64,000 nt of DNA. It comes from a virus. The stretch covers positions 1 through 64,000 of IMG/VR virus record IMGVR_UViG_3300028423_000904; one strand, written 5' to 3'. The notes below the pieces were generated by a model. That model saw only the letters and a list, made by a program, of their open reading frames with translations, ran no database searches and had not been told where the DNA came from. Shown here piece after piece: positions 46,373 to 57,400 of the stretch. How positions within the stretch are numbered: the first letter of the stretch is position 1; each line of letters begins with the position of its first letter. The translations under genes were made by a program, and so were the position numbers.

Positions 46373-47319
46373 TTAGCTTCTGAAATGGTCCAAGCTGAAC
46401 CTGTATCAGGATTGGTTGTAAATATTTCTTTAAATGGTTTTCGTACCATTTCAACGGTTTGATCAGAACCAAATCCGTCTGTGGTTCCAGAACGAACTAC
46501 GTGTCTTAGGTTCTTGCCCGCGTCGGCACCTTTAAAAGCTCTTACACTGCTACATACTGCTAACACGTCATACCCTGTATCAAAGTCTGTTGTAAGCGTG
46601 GGTTGGGTATATGTTTGTCGTTGTCCTGTGGTGTCTGACTCTACAAAGGTAGAATCGCTTACATCCACACTGTCAAATTGAGTATAGTCTCCACCTGCCC
46701 ACTCTGTATATGTTCCATCAGCCGCAGGCCATGTTTGGATGTATTGCATATCTAGGGTAGGCTCATCAGCAATGATGACGGCAGATTGGATACAGTATCC
46801 ACCGCCACCCCACGAGCCTACACGGAATTGTGTGGTTCCAGTGCGGGTGCCACTGGCCGAAGTATCACCACGGAAGTTATTTCCATACGGAGATCCATTC
46901 TTATACAGGTCTATTGCGCCATAGGTCGGATCAATCTTGAATCTAAAATCCCACCTTGCACGGCTTGTAAAGTTGCCGCCCCATGAACCCAGCAACTCAC
47001 GCCATGTAGATCCATCATACCAGTCAAAATCGATATTGGACCAGCTATTATAATTTTTGACCATACGAAAAATTGCATCTCCATTATCATCATATATAAC
47101 GATAATTGTTCCGCTAGCGTCGTCCTCTTGCATTCTCATGTAAAAGCTTACCCACACTTCTGATGTATTTGTCCAGGTCAAATACGCTAATGGTGATCTG
47201 TTACGAGTAATGAGTCCACGACGCACATATGGTGCTATACTGGTTGTGGTGTCGCCAGTTTGGTTGGGATCACCTTCATAAAACTCTGTTACACTTGTGC
47301 CGTATTGCAATATAGCCAT
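46339..47319 (-). CDS. Beta-sandwich (ConA/LamG-like) virion protein, paralog 1 of 4
   Basis: MAILQ...AELGFQ termini shared with the neighbouring genes. Confidence 0.7.
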   Translation of the reverse strand: MAILQYGTSVTEFYEGDPNQTGDTTTSIAPYVRRGLITRNRSPLAYLTWTNTSEVWVSFYMRMQEDDASGTIIVIYDDNGDAIFRMVKNYNSWSNIDFDWYDGSTWRELLGSWGGNFTSRARWDFRFKIDPTYGAIDLYKNGSPYGNNFRGDTSASGTRTGTTQFRVGSWGGGGYCIQSAVIIADEPTLDMQYIQTWPAADGTYTEWAGGDYTQFDSVDVSDSTFVESDTTGQRQTYTQPTLTTDFDTGYDVLAVCSSVRAFKGADAGKNLRHVVRSGTTDGFGSDQTVEMVRKPFKEIFTTNPDTGSAWTISEAKAAELGFQTRD

Positions 47320-47328
47320 GGTATTTCC

Positions 47329-48312
47329 TTATAGTCTAACCTGGAAACCCAATTCAGCATTTTTTGCATCAGCAAGTGTCCAAGCAACACCTGTGGCTGG
47401 GTCTGTTTCGAATATTTCTTTGAGTGGTTTTTTGACTAATGATACTGTTTGGTCTGAACCAAATCCGTCTGAGGTTCCTGAACGAACCATATGCCTGATA
47501 TTATTTCCAGAATCAGCGCCTTTGAATGTTCTAGTCGTCTGACATAGAGCAGAAACGTCATAACCAAAATCAAAATCAGTGGTGACAGTTGGCAAGGTAT
47601 ATGTGTATCTGTCTCCGTTATTTTGTCCTTCAATTAAATCAATATCATCTATACCCACTTCGTCAATTGCGGTGTAATCGCCACCTGCCCATTCAGTATA
47701 TGTTCCATCTGTTGCTGGCCAGGTTTGAAGGTAGTGCATATTTAATGTAGGCTCATCAGCAATGATAACGGCTGAAATAACATAATATCCTTCACCACCC
47801 CATGATCCGATTCGGAAGGAATTCAATCCAGATCGCGCCCCACCATTTGTGGTGTCTCCTGGACGATGGTCGACTTCAAGCCTGCCGTCTTTGTAGATAT
47901 CAAATGCACCATCAACTGCATCAATTTTGCATCTAAAATCCCAGCGCGTTCTAGTTTCATAACTACTATCACCCCAGCTGCTTTTGACATCAGTCCAAGA
48001 TGAACCATCATAATATTCAAAGTCAATATTACCAGTTGAATTCCAATTTTTTTGTAATCTGAAAAAAGGTGTGTCGTCATTAGCATAAACAACAACAAAG
48101 TCGCCATTGTTATCATCCAACCTACCACGTAAATAGAAGCTTACCCAAACTTCTGACGTGCTGGTCCAGTTTAGATAAGCAAGGGGCGAATTACTATATA
48201 TAACCGTACCACGTCTAACATATGGAGCATCACTTGTTGTAGTATCATTTGAAGAGTTGGGAATACCGTCATAAAATTCTGATACACTTGTGCCAAATTG
48301 TAAAATAGCCAT
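47329..48312 (-). CDS. Beta-sandwich virion protein, paralog 2 of 4
   Basis: Collinear similarity to the 46339 and 48322 ORFs. Confidence 0.7.
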   Translation of the reverse strand: MAILQFGTSVSEFYDGIPNSSNDTTTSDAPYVRRGTVIYSNSPLAYLNWTSTSEVWVSFYLRGRLDDNNGDFVVVYANDDTPFFRLQKNWNSTGNIDFEYYDGSSWTDVKSSWGDSSYETRTRWDFRCKIDAVDGAFDIYKDGRLEVDHRPGDTTNGGARSGLNSFRIGSWGGEGYYVISAVIIADEPTLNMHYLQTWPATDGTYTEWAGGDYTAIDEVGIDDIDLIEGQNNGDRYTYTLPTVTTDFDFGYDVSALCQTTRTFKGADSGNNIRHMVRSGTSDGFGSDQTVSLVKKPLKEIFETDPATGVAWTLADAKNAELGFQVRL

Positions 48313-48321
48313 TTTATTTCC

Positions 48322-49311
48322 TTAAATTCTGATTTGAAACCCGAGCTCTGCGGCCTTGGCTTCTGATATTGTCCAAGGAGAACCAGTAGCAGGATTTACT
48401 GTGAATATTTGTTTGTATGGTTTCTTAATTAGAGATAGTTCTTCTTTTTGACTGAAATCATCCGTAGTTCCAGAACGTACCATGTGACGAAAATTTTTAC
48501 CATCAACGTTCTTTTTATCTGCTCTTACCGTTTGACATACTGCAACGACTTTGTGTCCGATATCGAAATTGTTTGTAAGTGTGGGCAAAGTGTATGTATA
48601 TCTGGTATCAGTGTCTTCTGATTTAAGAGAATCGGTATCATCAATACCAGTTTCGTCAATGGCTGTGAAATCTCCATTACCCCATTCAGTGTATGTTCCG
48701 TCAGCCGCAGGCCACGTTTGTAGGTATTGCATATTAAGCGTTGGTTCGTCTGCAACAATAAGAGCAGAAATCGTGTACCATCCTTCAGCACCTGCAAAGC
48801 TTCCGATCCGGAATGAATTAAGTCCAGTCCTTGCTCCGCCATTTGTTGTATCACCTGGTAAATATTCTGCATCAAGAAAACCGTTTTTGTAGATACTCAC
48901 TCCGCCATCAACCGCATCTACTTTGAAACGCATATCCCATCTCACAGTGGTATACCAGTTTGTATGACCCCAACTGCTTTTAAAATCTGTATAGCTGTTG
49001 CCATCATTATATTCAAAGTCAATATTGGTCACTGAGTTATTAACTTTTTCCATACGAAAGAATACACTATCGTCATCACCATAAACAACTACAATACTTC
49101 CGTAATTGTCATCAAGATAACCTCTCATGTAAAATGTAATCCATACTTCGGGTGTTGACTCCCAGTTAATGTATGCGAGTGGTGTGCTTCTATACATTAG
49201 TGTTGATTTTCGAGTATACGGAGCCTTGCCATTGTCATGATCAATTGCACCGCCTGTATCGTCACCCTCAAAAAATTCTGTAATACTGTTAGCATATTGA
49301 AGAATGGCCAT
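48322..49311 (-). CDS. Beta-sandwich virion protein, paralog 3 of 4
   Basis: Collinear similarity; GTAAATA late-like motif upstream. Confidence 0.7.
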   Translation of the reverse strand: MAILQYANSITEFFEGDDTGGAIDHDNGKAPYTRKSTLMYRSTPLAYINWESTPEVWITFYMRGYLDDNYGSIVVVYGDDDSVFFRMEKVNNSVTNIDFEYNDGNSYTDFKSSWGHTNWYTTVRWDMRFKVDAVDGGVSIYKNGFLDAEYLPGDTTNGGARTGLNSFRIGSFAGAEGWYTISALIVADEPTLNMQYLQTWPAADGTYTEWGNGDFTAIDETGIDDTDSLKSEDTDTRYTYTLPTLTNNFDIGHKVVAVCQTVRADKKNVDGKNFRHMVRSGTTDDFSQKEELSLIKKPYKQIFTVNPATGSPWTISEAKAAELGFQIRI

Positions 49312-49332
49312 GTCTTTATCCTTTACATGTAT

Positions 49333-51063
49333 TTACAAGGTTCCACTGTAAAGATCTGAAATTTCAGATCCGGTAAGTGGCCTTGCCCAGAGACGATATT
49401 GGTCAATCCAACCACTAAGTGGTTTGCTTGAAGTTCCCTGGTATGACCTTGGATGGTTACCAATGGTAATGTCACCACCAGCGGGGCGATTGTCTATGTC
49501 GGTTGATCCAACTTCAACATTATCCAGATAAATTTTGGTTATACCAGTATTTCCGCGTGTCACAACGACGTGATGCCATGTGTCTGCGGTAATGGTCCCA
49601 GTGCTAGAAACAGTTGTCCCGCCCTCTGAAACAAGCTCTAGGGTGTTGTCGCTGCGTATCTGCAAAACACGACCATTGTTAGAACCATTCTGGCTTGACC
49701 AGACGATCTGCTCCTGTCCTAAGCTTCCTGATGGTATTTTAACCCAAGTTGATGTAGCAAAAGTTTCACTTTCAACGAGAACATCAGACGATCCAGTCAA
49801 TTCTATATCACCCCCAGCAAAGAACATAGATCCATTATCGTTTACGCCTCGCTCGAACAGTGGATATTCCTCTCTTACATTTTCAGCACCTCCTACCCAT
49901 ACTGGACCAAATTTTGTGCCATTTGTTGCTGACCCTGAGTCATCTGTCACAGTGTCACCATATACAAGGAAATAATCAGTGAACACTGTGTCACGAGGAA
50001 CCGTTGTTTCATAATATGCAATCCATGCATCACCACCAAGGGCAGGTCCATCAAATACAGCATCACCATAGATACCGTTTAGGTCGTGTGGCCCTGACAC
50101 GGTCCCTGTTCCAGGATACAAATCAATAAAAGCATATGGTGTTGCGCCTGTGGCGACTAGTATGTTTTCTTCATTACTTCCAGTAAACCCACCCAAAACA
50201 TTTCGTCCTGTCCATTCATATCTGTCGCCATTTTTGGTAATCCATATTGGAATATCCACTGTGCTATCTGATGAAAAATCATAATCAAGACTTGGTGATG
50301 CTACAATGGCAACATCATTTGTTAAGTCAGAAACATCACTCGATGTAAGTTCTGTTCCAGTCCAAATTTTTAGATCCGTAATAATTTGCGAACCATAAGC
50401 AACACGATCGTTTGTGCCGTCACCACTTCCTTTGAGTGTTGCTCCAATCTCAAATTGTGCAGCTAGACCAGTATCAGGGTGTTGAGCACTGGAGAAGCTA
50501 TCAGTGCCCAAGAGAACGTCGTTGAAGTAGAATGAAACATTGTTGGAAGCATCTGCTGTTATAGTGTATCTACCACCATCGCCATGAGCTTGGTCAGCAT
50601 TTGCACCTGAAGGTGTTAGTTGTGATTCGGCTTGCCCTTCAGCCCCCACATACATTACCGGTTTTCCTGTTGTGCGGTCTACATCAAAACGCAAAACATC
50701 CCAATTTGAGGTTGCAGATGTATTTGCAAATGCACCCAAAATAACAGAGTTTTTGCTTGGGTCTTCTCCAGGGTAGATCACAGTTGAAATACTCCAGGCA
50801 GTATCTTTTGGCAATAGTGTCGAAAGACTGACAGGCACTTGCATATAATCATCAGTGCCATCATAATACAGTCCAGTGCTGAACAAGGTAGGTTTCACTT
50901 GTGAAGCGGAACCTGCTCTATTTGCTGTTAATAAATTGTCAGCACTGTTGGTTACTGAATCACCATCCGCCGAATCCAGTGACAAGATAAAAACTTCTTC
51001 ACTTCCAAAGCTTCTGTCACTGCCTGATATCAGACCGCCATCTTGTATCATTCCTGGTAGCAT
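49333..51063 (-). CDS. LamG-domain fibre/receptor-binding protein
   Basis: YDGTDDY, WHHVVVTR...KIYLDNVEV, GWIDQYRLWARPLTGSEISDLY. Confidence 0.75.
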   Translation of the reverse strand: MLPGMIQDGGLISGSDRSFGSEEVFILSLDSADGDSVTNSADNLLTANRAGSASQVKPTLFSTGLYYDGTDDYMQVPVSLSTLLPKDTAWSISTVIYPGEDPSKNSVILGAFANTSATSNWDVLRFDVDRTTGKPVMYVGAEGQAESQLTPSGANADQAHGDGGRYTITADASNNVSFYFNDVLLGTDSFSSAQHPDTGLAAQFEIGATLKGSGDGTNDRVAYGSQIITDLKIWTGTELTSSDVSDLTNDVAIVASPSLDYDFSSDSTVDIPIWITKNGDRYEWTGRNVLGGFTGSNEENILVATGATPYAFIDLYPGTGTVSGPHDLNGIYGDAVFDGPALGGDAWIAYYETTVPRDTVFTDYFLVYGDTVTDDSGSATNGTKFGPVWVGGAENVREEYPLFERGVNDNGSMFFAGGDIELTGSSDVLVESETFATSTWVKIPSGSLGQEQIVWSSQNGSNNGRVLQIRSDNTLELVSEGGTTVSSTGTITADTWHHVVVTRGNTGITKIYLDNVEVGSTDIDNRPAGGDITIGNHPRSYQGTSSKPLSGWIDQYRLWARPLTGSEISDLYSGTL

Positions 51064-51075
51064 ACGGTATTCCTT

Positions 51076-52905
51076 TTATGAACGTGGATGCGGAGTTCTT
51101 GGTGGATCAAACGCCGCCGTATAAACTGGTTCGCCTGAAGTAAGACGAACATCTGAAATATATCCATCATACGGCGCAGGGCTTATTCCGCGGCCAATCC
51201 AAATTTGTTCACTGTCACCACCAAAGTTAAATCCACTACTTGTAGTTTGAGCATCTACCTCTCCGTCAAAATAGAGTCGAATAGTTCCAGATTCTCTTAC
51301 AAGAGCAACGTGGTGCCATGTTTCGTCTGTTACTGCACTGTCAAATGTAATGTTTGGGCCGCCGTTGGTTTGCAGTCTGATTCGTCTTCCATTACCCTGG
51401 TCGATAAGCAATCTCCAAGTATTATTGTTAAAGAAGTTACTGTCATAATCACCTACAATTTGTGCAACACCTGATGTTGGTGCTGAGCTATCACGCCACA
51501 CCCAAGCTTCAATACACAGATCTCCATTTCCCAGATATTGAGCAGGAAGTGCACCTCCAGGAGTATAAACCCGTGAATCACTTCCTGCTGTGAAATTACC
51601 GCTCTGTGCATCAGATAGAAGGAATGGATCATCATTTGTATATGAGAACAACTGTGATGACATGCTGATACTGTTGTTACTATAATCAACGATATCACCA
51701 TCCATCGGAACCAAGAGCACAACATTACTAAATGTTGGCTGTGGTGGCTCTTCAGCACCTGGCTCAATTCCGGTAATCGCATTGATAAAGATACGATCAG
51801 AAGTAAGTGCCTTATAGAAAAGTAGATCTTCAGCATTTGCAGTGGTTGAAAGAACAGGAGGGTTTCCTGCTGCAAACTCATATCCATATCCGTATGTAAT
51901 AGTTCTGCTGCCTGTTCCGTCCTGAACAACACGTATATGTCCTGATTGACCTGGTTTTGCGTTTGATGGAGTTTCAAGTATACGATCGCCATCTAGTGTA
52001 ATTGTAAAGTTTATTCCTGAACTCAAATCAAACGGAATTAACCCGCTGACATCGCTGAGTGTTTTTTCTTCAACTGAAGTCCATAGTTGATCAGTGCTAA
52101 TCAATCTATCCGGGGTGTTGTCAAGATATTCGGCTTCTGTCGCTTCTGGCAAGTATGCAATACCAACCGTTCCGGAGGTGATGTCGTCACCTGAAACCGT
52201 TACACTGCCAGGAACATGTGTAATTGTAGCAACGCCGCCTACATCTGTTACTGTGATTTCTGCACCCACAAAATTAAGTGTGGAAGCTTCGGTAACAACG
52301 CCTGAGCCTTCTTCTTGAACATTTACACCTGATGTGAGATTGAGTATCGTATTGTTATTTGCGTCGATTGTCTTATTGGTAAGTGTTTGTGTATCAGTCG
52401 TGCCAACAATATTGCCTGTAACACCATGAACACCAGATGTGGGGTTATCAACTTCTGATCCGTGTGCAAGGTTGCTAATTGAATTGTTGTCAGCATCAAT
52501 TGTCTTGTTGGTAAGCGTTTGTGAATCTGACGTTCCAACTACATCGCCAGTTGGCACACTTTTACCACTGTCAATAATTGTTGAAGCGCCCCATTCAACG
52601 AAATTGCCTGAAGCACCAGAAGGAGTTTCGGTTTCGCCACCTACTTCGATCCACGTAGCAGCACCCGAAGCGTTGCCTGTGCAATAGTAAAGTTCATTCC
52701 CGTTCGTATCTAACCAAAAATCACCAATGTTATATGAGTCATCAGTTGCTAAAGGCGCCCTTGCAACAGTAGCGATAAATGAAACGCTGTCTGCAACGTT
52801 ATCTAGTTGTGTTCTTAAATCACCCGCATCAATTTCTCCCACACCGTTTGTGGGAAATAATGCATCAGTCTGATTTCTAAAACTATCTGGATTTAATTTG
52901 GCCAT
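51076..52905 (-). CDS. Tail/neck fibre protein: N-terminal anchor, QTLTNKT repeats, connector domain, C-terminal LamG
   Basis: QTLTNKTID x2; DLSSGINFTITL...QDGTGSRTITY; WHHVALVR, GYISDVRLT. Confidence 0.75.
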   Translation of the reverse strand: MAKLNPDSFRNQTDALFPTNGVGEIDAGDLRTQLDNVADSVSFIATVARAPLATDDSYNIGDFWLDTNGNELYYCTGNASGAATWIEVGGETETPSGASGNFVEWGASTIIDSGKSVPTGDVVGTSDSQTLTNKTIDADNNSISNLAHGSEVDNPTSGVHGVTGNIVGTTDTQTLTNKTIDANNNTILNLTSGVNVQEEGSGVVTEASTLNFVGAEITVTDVGGVATITHVPGSVTVSGDDITSGTVGIAYLPEATEAEYLDNTPDRLISTDQLWTSVEEKTLSDVSGLIPFDLSSGINFTITLDGDRILETPSNAKPGQSGHIRVVQDGTGSRTITYGYGYEFAAGNPPVLSTTANAEDLLFYKALTSDRIFINAITGIEPGAEEPPQPTFSNVVLLVPMDGDIVDYSNNSISMSSQLFSYTNDDPFLLSDAQSGNFTAGSDSRVYTPGGALPAQYLGNGDLCIEAWVWRDSSAPTSGVAQIVGDYDSNFFNNNTWRLLIDQGNGRRIRLQTNGGPNITFDSAVTDETWHHVALVRESGTIRLYFDGEVDAQTTSSGFNFGGDSEQIWIGRGISPAPYDGYISDVRLTSGEPVYTAAFDPPRTPHPRS

Positions 52906-52947
52906 GCGTTGATCCTCTCCGTGTAATATTTATCGGATCAAGCAAAA

Positions 52948-53946
52948 TTAAGTTTCACCCTTGATGCCAAATTCAGCGGCTTTCGCATCAGCGACTGTCC
53001 ATCCAAGTCCTGTACCAGGATCAGTTGTAAAAATTTCCTGGAAACCTTGTTTGGTTGTAGATATCGCTTGTTGAGCTCCTTCACCGTCGGTGGCATTTGA
53101 ACGTGTAATTAGTCGTATATTTCCGAGAGGAGAGTCAACTGAACCATTAAAGGCACGGGCCGTTACGCCCGTTCCAACAACCACATAACCACTATCAAAA
53201 TCTGTTGTTAGTGTTCCTGCGGTGAATGTAGAGCGATGCCCATTCGTTTGTGTAGAGATCGTATCAGAATCATCAAAACCGAGCTCATCAATACTTGTAT
53301 AATCGCCAGTCCAGTCGTTATATGTTCCATTGGCAGCTGGTTTGGTCTGAATGTAACGCATGTTCTGCGTAGGGCGTCCATCGGTCACCATGATTCCTGA
53401 ATAACGCCCACGCCCACCATTTGGATCCAATCGTGGGTTAAGAGCACCAATACCAAGAGATCCTACTCCTGTTCTGCCACTGGTTCCAATAGTATCCCCA
53501 CTGTAAGATGCATGTAATGATCCATTGTCATATACTTCGATGGCACCAGTTGTTCCGTTTATAAGAATACGAATATCAATTCGTAAACGAGTATTCATTG
53601 GTCTCCAAGTGCTAGAAAATGTGTTCCATGCAGCACCGTCGTAATAATCACAACGAATGTTTGAATCTGGGTCATATTTGTAGATACGGAAAAGAGCACC
53701 ACCACTATTGTCATAAACACTTATGATTGATCCATCAGTCCAGTAAACTTCAGGCATTCTAAAATCAAAAGCGATCCACGCTTCAGTTACCGGTGTCCAG
53801 CTTAAAATGCCTGTGGGGCTGTCTTTATTGGTTGCAATGCCTTCCTGACAGTATGGCGCAATATCTGTGGATGATGTGGTGGTCCCCGCATTTGCTGTGC
53901 CATCATAGATGTCATAAAATGTAGTTGCATAAGCGATTAGTGACAT
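52948..53946 (-). CDS. Beta-sandwich virion protein, divergent paralog 4 of 4
   Basis: PAANGTY, LTTDFDSGY, DPGTGLGWTVADAKAAEFG match the three 46-49 kb ORFs. Confidence 0.7.
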   Translation of the reverse strand: MSLIAYATTFYDIYDGTANAGTTTSSTDIAPYCQEGIATNKDSPTGILSWTPVTEAWIAFDFRMPEVYWTDGSIISVYDNSGGALFRIYKYDPDSNIRCDYYDGAAWNTFSSTWRPMNTRLRIDIRILINGTTGAIEVYDNGSLHASYSGDTIGTSGRTGVGSLGIGALNPRLDPNGGRGRYSGIMVTDGRPTQNMRYIQTKPAANGTYNDWTGDYTSIDELGFDDSDTISTQTNGHRSTFTAGTLTTDFDSGYVVVGTGVTARAFNGSVDSPLGNIRLITRSNATDGEGAQQAISTTKQGFQEIFTTDPGTGLGWTVADAKAAEFGIKGET

Positions 53947-53980
53947 AACGGTTCCTTGAATTTTGTCATGTATTTATTGC

Positions 53981-54424
53981 TTAACCGACATCAGTATGTT
54001 TACCAACCATGTTCCATTTATCAGCGGAAATCTTGATAATACTAACTAAAGAATTTTGACCAAATAATGCCGCGGATCCAGCTGACACATTGTTAAGTGT
54101 TACACCTGTATCAGCTGAAACAGTTGTTAGTCCTGCACCGTCTTGGATTATGGTAACCACTGTGCCAATTGGAAAAGCAACACTTGCATTCGCTGGAATA
54201 GTGATTGTGTTTGCACTGGCATTATTCATAACAACAATATTGTTTAGATCAGAAAGCGCCAGCGTATAAGTGGCCCCAGTCTGTGTATTCACTGAATAGA
54301 CATGAATATCTGCAATTTCTTGCAGAGTTGTCTGGCGACTGTTCCCGCCCTGAACAATATGCACACTCTCTGTACCATCTAATGTGCCAGCATTTGTAAG
54401 ATCAGTGATTCCTTTATTGGTCAT
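53981..54424 (-). CDS. Fibre adaptor protein (KITEL-type anchor plus QTGTTYTL domain)
   Basis: N-terminus matches the 60971 ORF; C-terminus matches the 19027 and 58488 ORFs. Confidence 0.65.
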   Translation of the reverse strand: MTNKGITDLTNAGTLDGTESVHIVQGGNSRQTTLQEIADIHVYSVNTQTGATYTLALSDLNNIVVMNNASANTITIPANASVAFPIGTVVTIIQDGAGLTTVSADTGVTLNNVSAGSAALFGQNSLVSIIKISADKWNMVGKHTDVG

Positions 54425-54459
54425 TGGATATCCTTGTTATGTAGTATTTATTCTAAATC

Positions 54460-57400
54460 CTAGTCAGGAAGTTTTCTTGAAATATAGTTATAAACCCACT
54501 CTCTTTCAGAAGTTCTTAATACACGATCAATAAAGATTAAGTTATAAATTCGTCCGCCTGGTGACATTCCAAAACTTTTTGATGGTCTATCAAAAAATGT
54601 CATTGCTCCTGTTGCATTACTTGCAGATGGTGTAAATGTTGAATCACCTGAATATATGTTAAATTGATTTGAATTTAAATGATATTCAGGATTGAAACCT
54701 TCTTGGTAGTATCCTTGTATAACATAATTTGATGTTGTGTCTGAAATTGTGTCAGACGTATACACATTAAATGTAGGATTTCCACTTGATCCTGAACTAA
54801 CAAACCACCTCCAGGCATTATTTGAAGTTCCTGATCTATCTTCAATACCAAAACTTGATCCAATCTCTGCTGTTGCCCAATCACCAGTAGAAAATATAGT
54901 ACTAAGATTATTAGGATTTGTTGACCCGCTAGGACGTATTGCTGCTGCAAATTCACTACCTGTTCCGTCATGGAGGAAATTAAATGAACTGTTATCTCCT
55001 GTGATATTACTCATATCAGCCCCTCCCCCTGTTTCAAGCCAGTATTTTCCATCACTTATTTTTAAAAGAGGTTTATCAGTTCCAGCCGGCCCACTTTGCA
55101 TGTGGATCCCAGGAATCTCTTCAAGAGAAACATTATCCCATTCTACCCAAGCACCATTAGTAGACATATTGCCATTAGATAAAATAAAATTTCCTGTTGT
55201 TGTAGGAGTTATAATGTATATATATGTCCCGATGCTTAGTGTTCCGCTAGTATCAGTGCCTCCAAATAAAAATCTAAAATTTGTTCCTGTGCTAGCTGCC
55301 ACGATATCGAATTTAATAAGATATGGAACACCTATAGTTGGTGTAAAGTTGTCTAATATGGCATAACCGGCTGTTGCGTCTCCATTAGTAATTCGTAAAC
55401 GACCATTTTCTTGTGATAAGTTTGATGCGGCATCACCAGGAATCCAACCTGATGTATCTGTGTCAAATGTTCCATTTGTTATTAACTCACCACTCCAATC
55501 ATGTTGTTGTCCCTTATCAAGAATAATATGAACAGGATCATCATTTGCAGAAACTTGTGTTCTTGCACCCTGCGATCCTGTGAACATCGTGCTTGTATCA
55601 CTCGGGTCATACCATCTCATAACATCATTTGTGCTTAAAAGATTGTAAATTGTAATTGAAGTCCCTAGATTATAAAGATCTTTTACATCTGCAGGTGATA
55701 GTGCGTATTCATAGACACGAAAGTCGTCAATCCATCCTTGGAATTTTCGATCAAAAGTGGACTCGGGGGTATTGTCACCAATGGTTAAATCTGCTCCTGA
55801 TGGACGATCATCCATAAGAGTGTTTGAATCAATTTCCTGACCGTCAAGATAAAGTCGACCAGTTCCTCCGCGTTCTCTGACAAATACACAATGATACCAT
55901 TTGCTTCCTCCTATTGGGTAGTCAGTTGTATCAAGTAGCAATTGACTTGATCCATTAGCAACACCCTGTAAAGTGTTATCACTCTCAATACGTAATCCTC
56001 TGCCTGTTCCAACGCCGCTTTGTGTTGACCAAAGAAACTGTCTTCTATTTAACCCAGCAGGGTCTAACCAAAACCATAATGATACAGAGACATCACCACT
56101 TTCAAGTAATCCGGTGGTATTACTAATTTGAATATGACTTTCTGCTGTGTCTGATGCTCCGTTGAAATGCAATGCTCCTTGGCTATCTATACTCGTTGGA
56201 ATTGGGCTGTCTGGAATGATATCTGAAGCCATCCATAATGCTCCAGAAATTGTGCCATTTCTATTATTGCCAGAAACATCAGTAACAGTTGAACCAGTGT
56301 TATCGTCAAAATTCATTTCAAGGGCTGGTGTATATGGAACACCAGATCCTGATGAAAGGTCTGCTACTTCCTGGGCAGTGAATTCTGTTCCGTTGTAGAT
56401 TGCAAGGTGAGTGATAATTTGGCTTCCGTAGCTAACACCATCCGTACTGCCTCCGCCACCTCCATATGCAGTGGCACCAATTTCAAATTGATCTAATAGT
56501 CGTGTAGTTGGGTGATTAGCACTATCAAATGACCCAGTGCCTAATAATTCATTGCCATAATAGAAATTAATATTGTTCAATGCGTCGCAAGTAATAGTAT
56601 AACGTCCAGGATCTCCTCCCCAGTGTACGGTATTCCCTGATCCATCAATTGGAACAATCAATTCCTGTGCCTGTCCTTCACGAGCAATTAAGAATCTTGG
56701 CGCTCCTGAAGACGGATCGAAGTCAAAGCGAATAGCATCCCATAGAGCACCGGTTTGATTATATTGAGCGCCAAGTATAGTTCGATTACTAGCATCTACT
56801 GTATGACGAGGATAATATTCAAAAGTAACACTCCACGCAGTGTCTACAGGTATCAGTGTTGTTCCAAGATTAACTGGCACCCTTACATAATCATCTACCC
56901 CATCAAACCAAATACCATTTGTAAATGTTTCGGGAAATTCAATTTTTGACACATAACCGACACGTTCTGGTTGATATTCGTTATCAGATTCATTGATAAC
57001 CAATACATTATCTATATTTTGCATGTTCATGTAAATGGTGTAATCATTTATACCTATAGAACTTGCTTCAACAATGCCGCCGTCTGAAATATCACCAGCC
57101 CATTGTCTAATTACACGCATGGTTCCGTTAAAATCACCATTTGCTTGGCCACTTGTAGAACCTAGAGGAAATTCGCTGTTTGAAATTGACGGAAGTCCAG
57201 ATGATATAGCTGTTTCTGTAGATCCGTTGATTGAAGTATTGAGTTCGCTAGTTGTATTTCTCCATGCAACATTAAAGTCAGTAAAATAACCAGACTGTGG
57301 TCTAGCTGCGGGTGTATGTGTATAAACAGTTCCGCCTGCAACCAATTGTGTCTCCCAGGGAAGATCACCACCAAAATGTGTGCCTGTGTTTTCAGACCAA

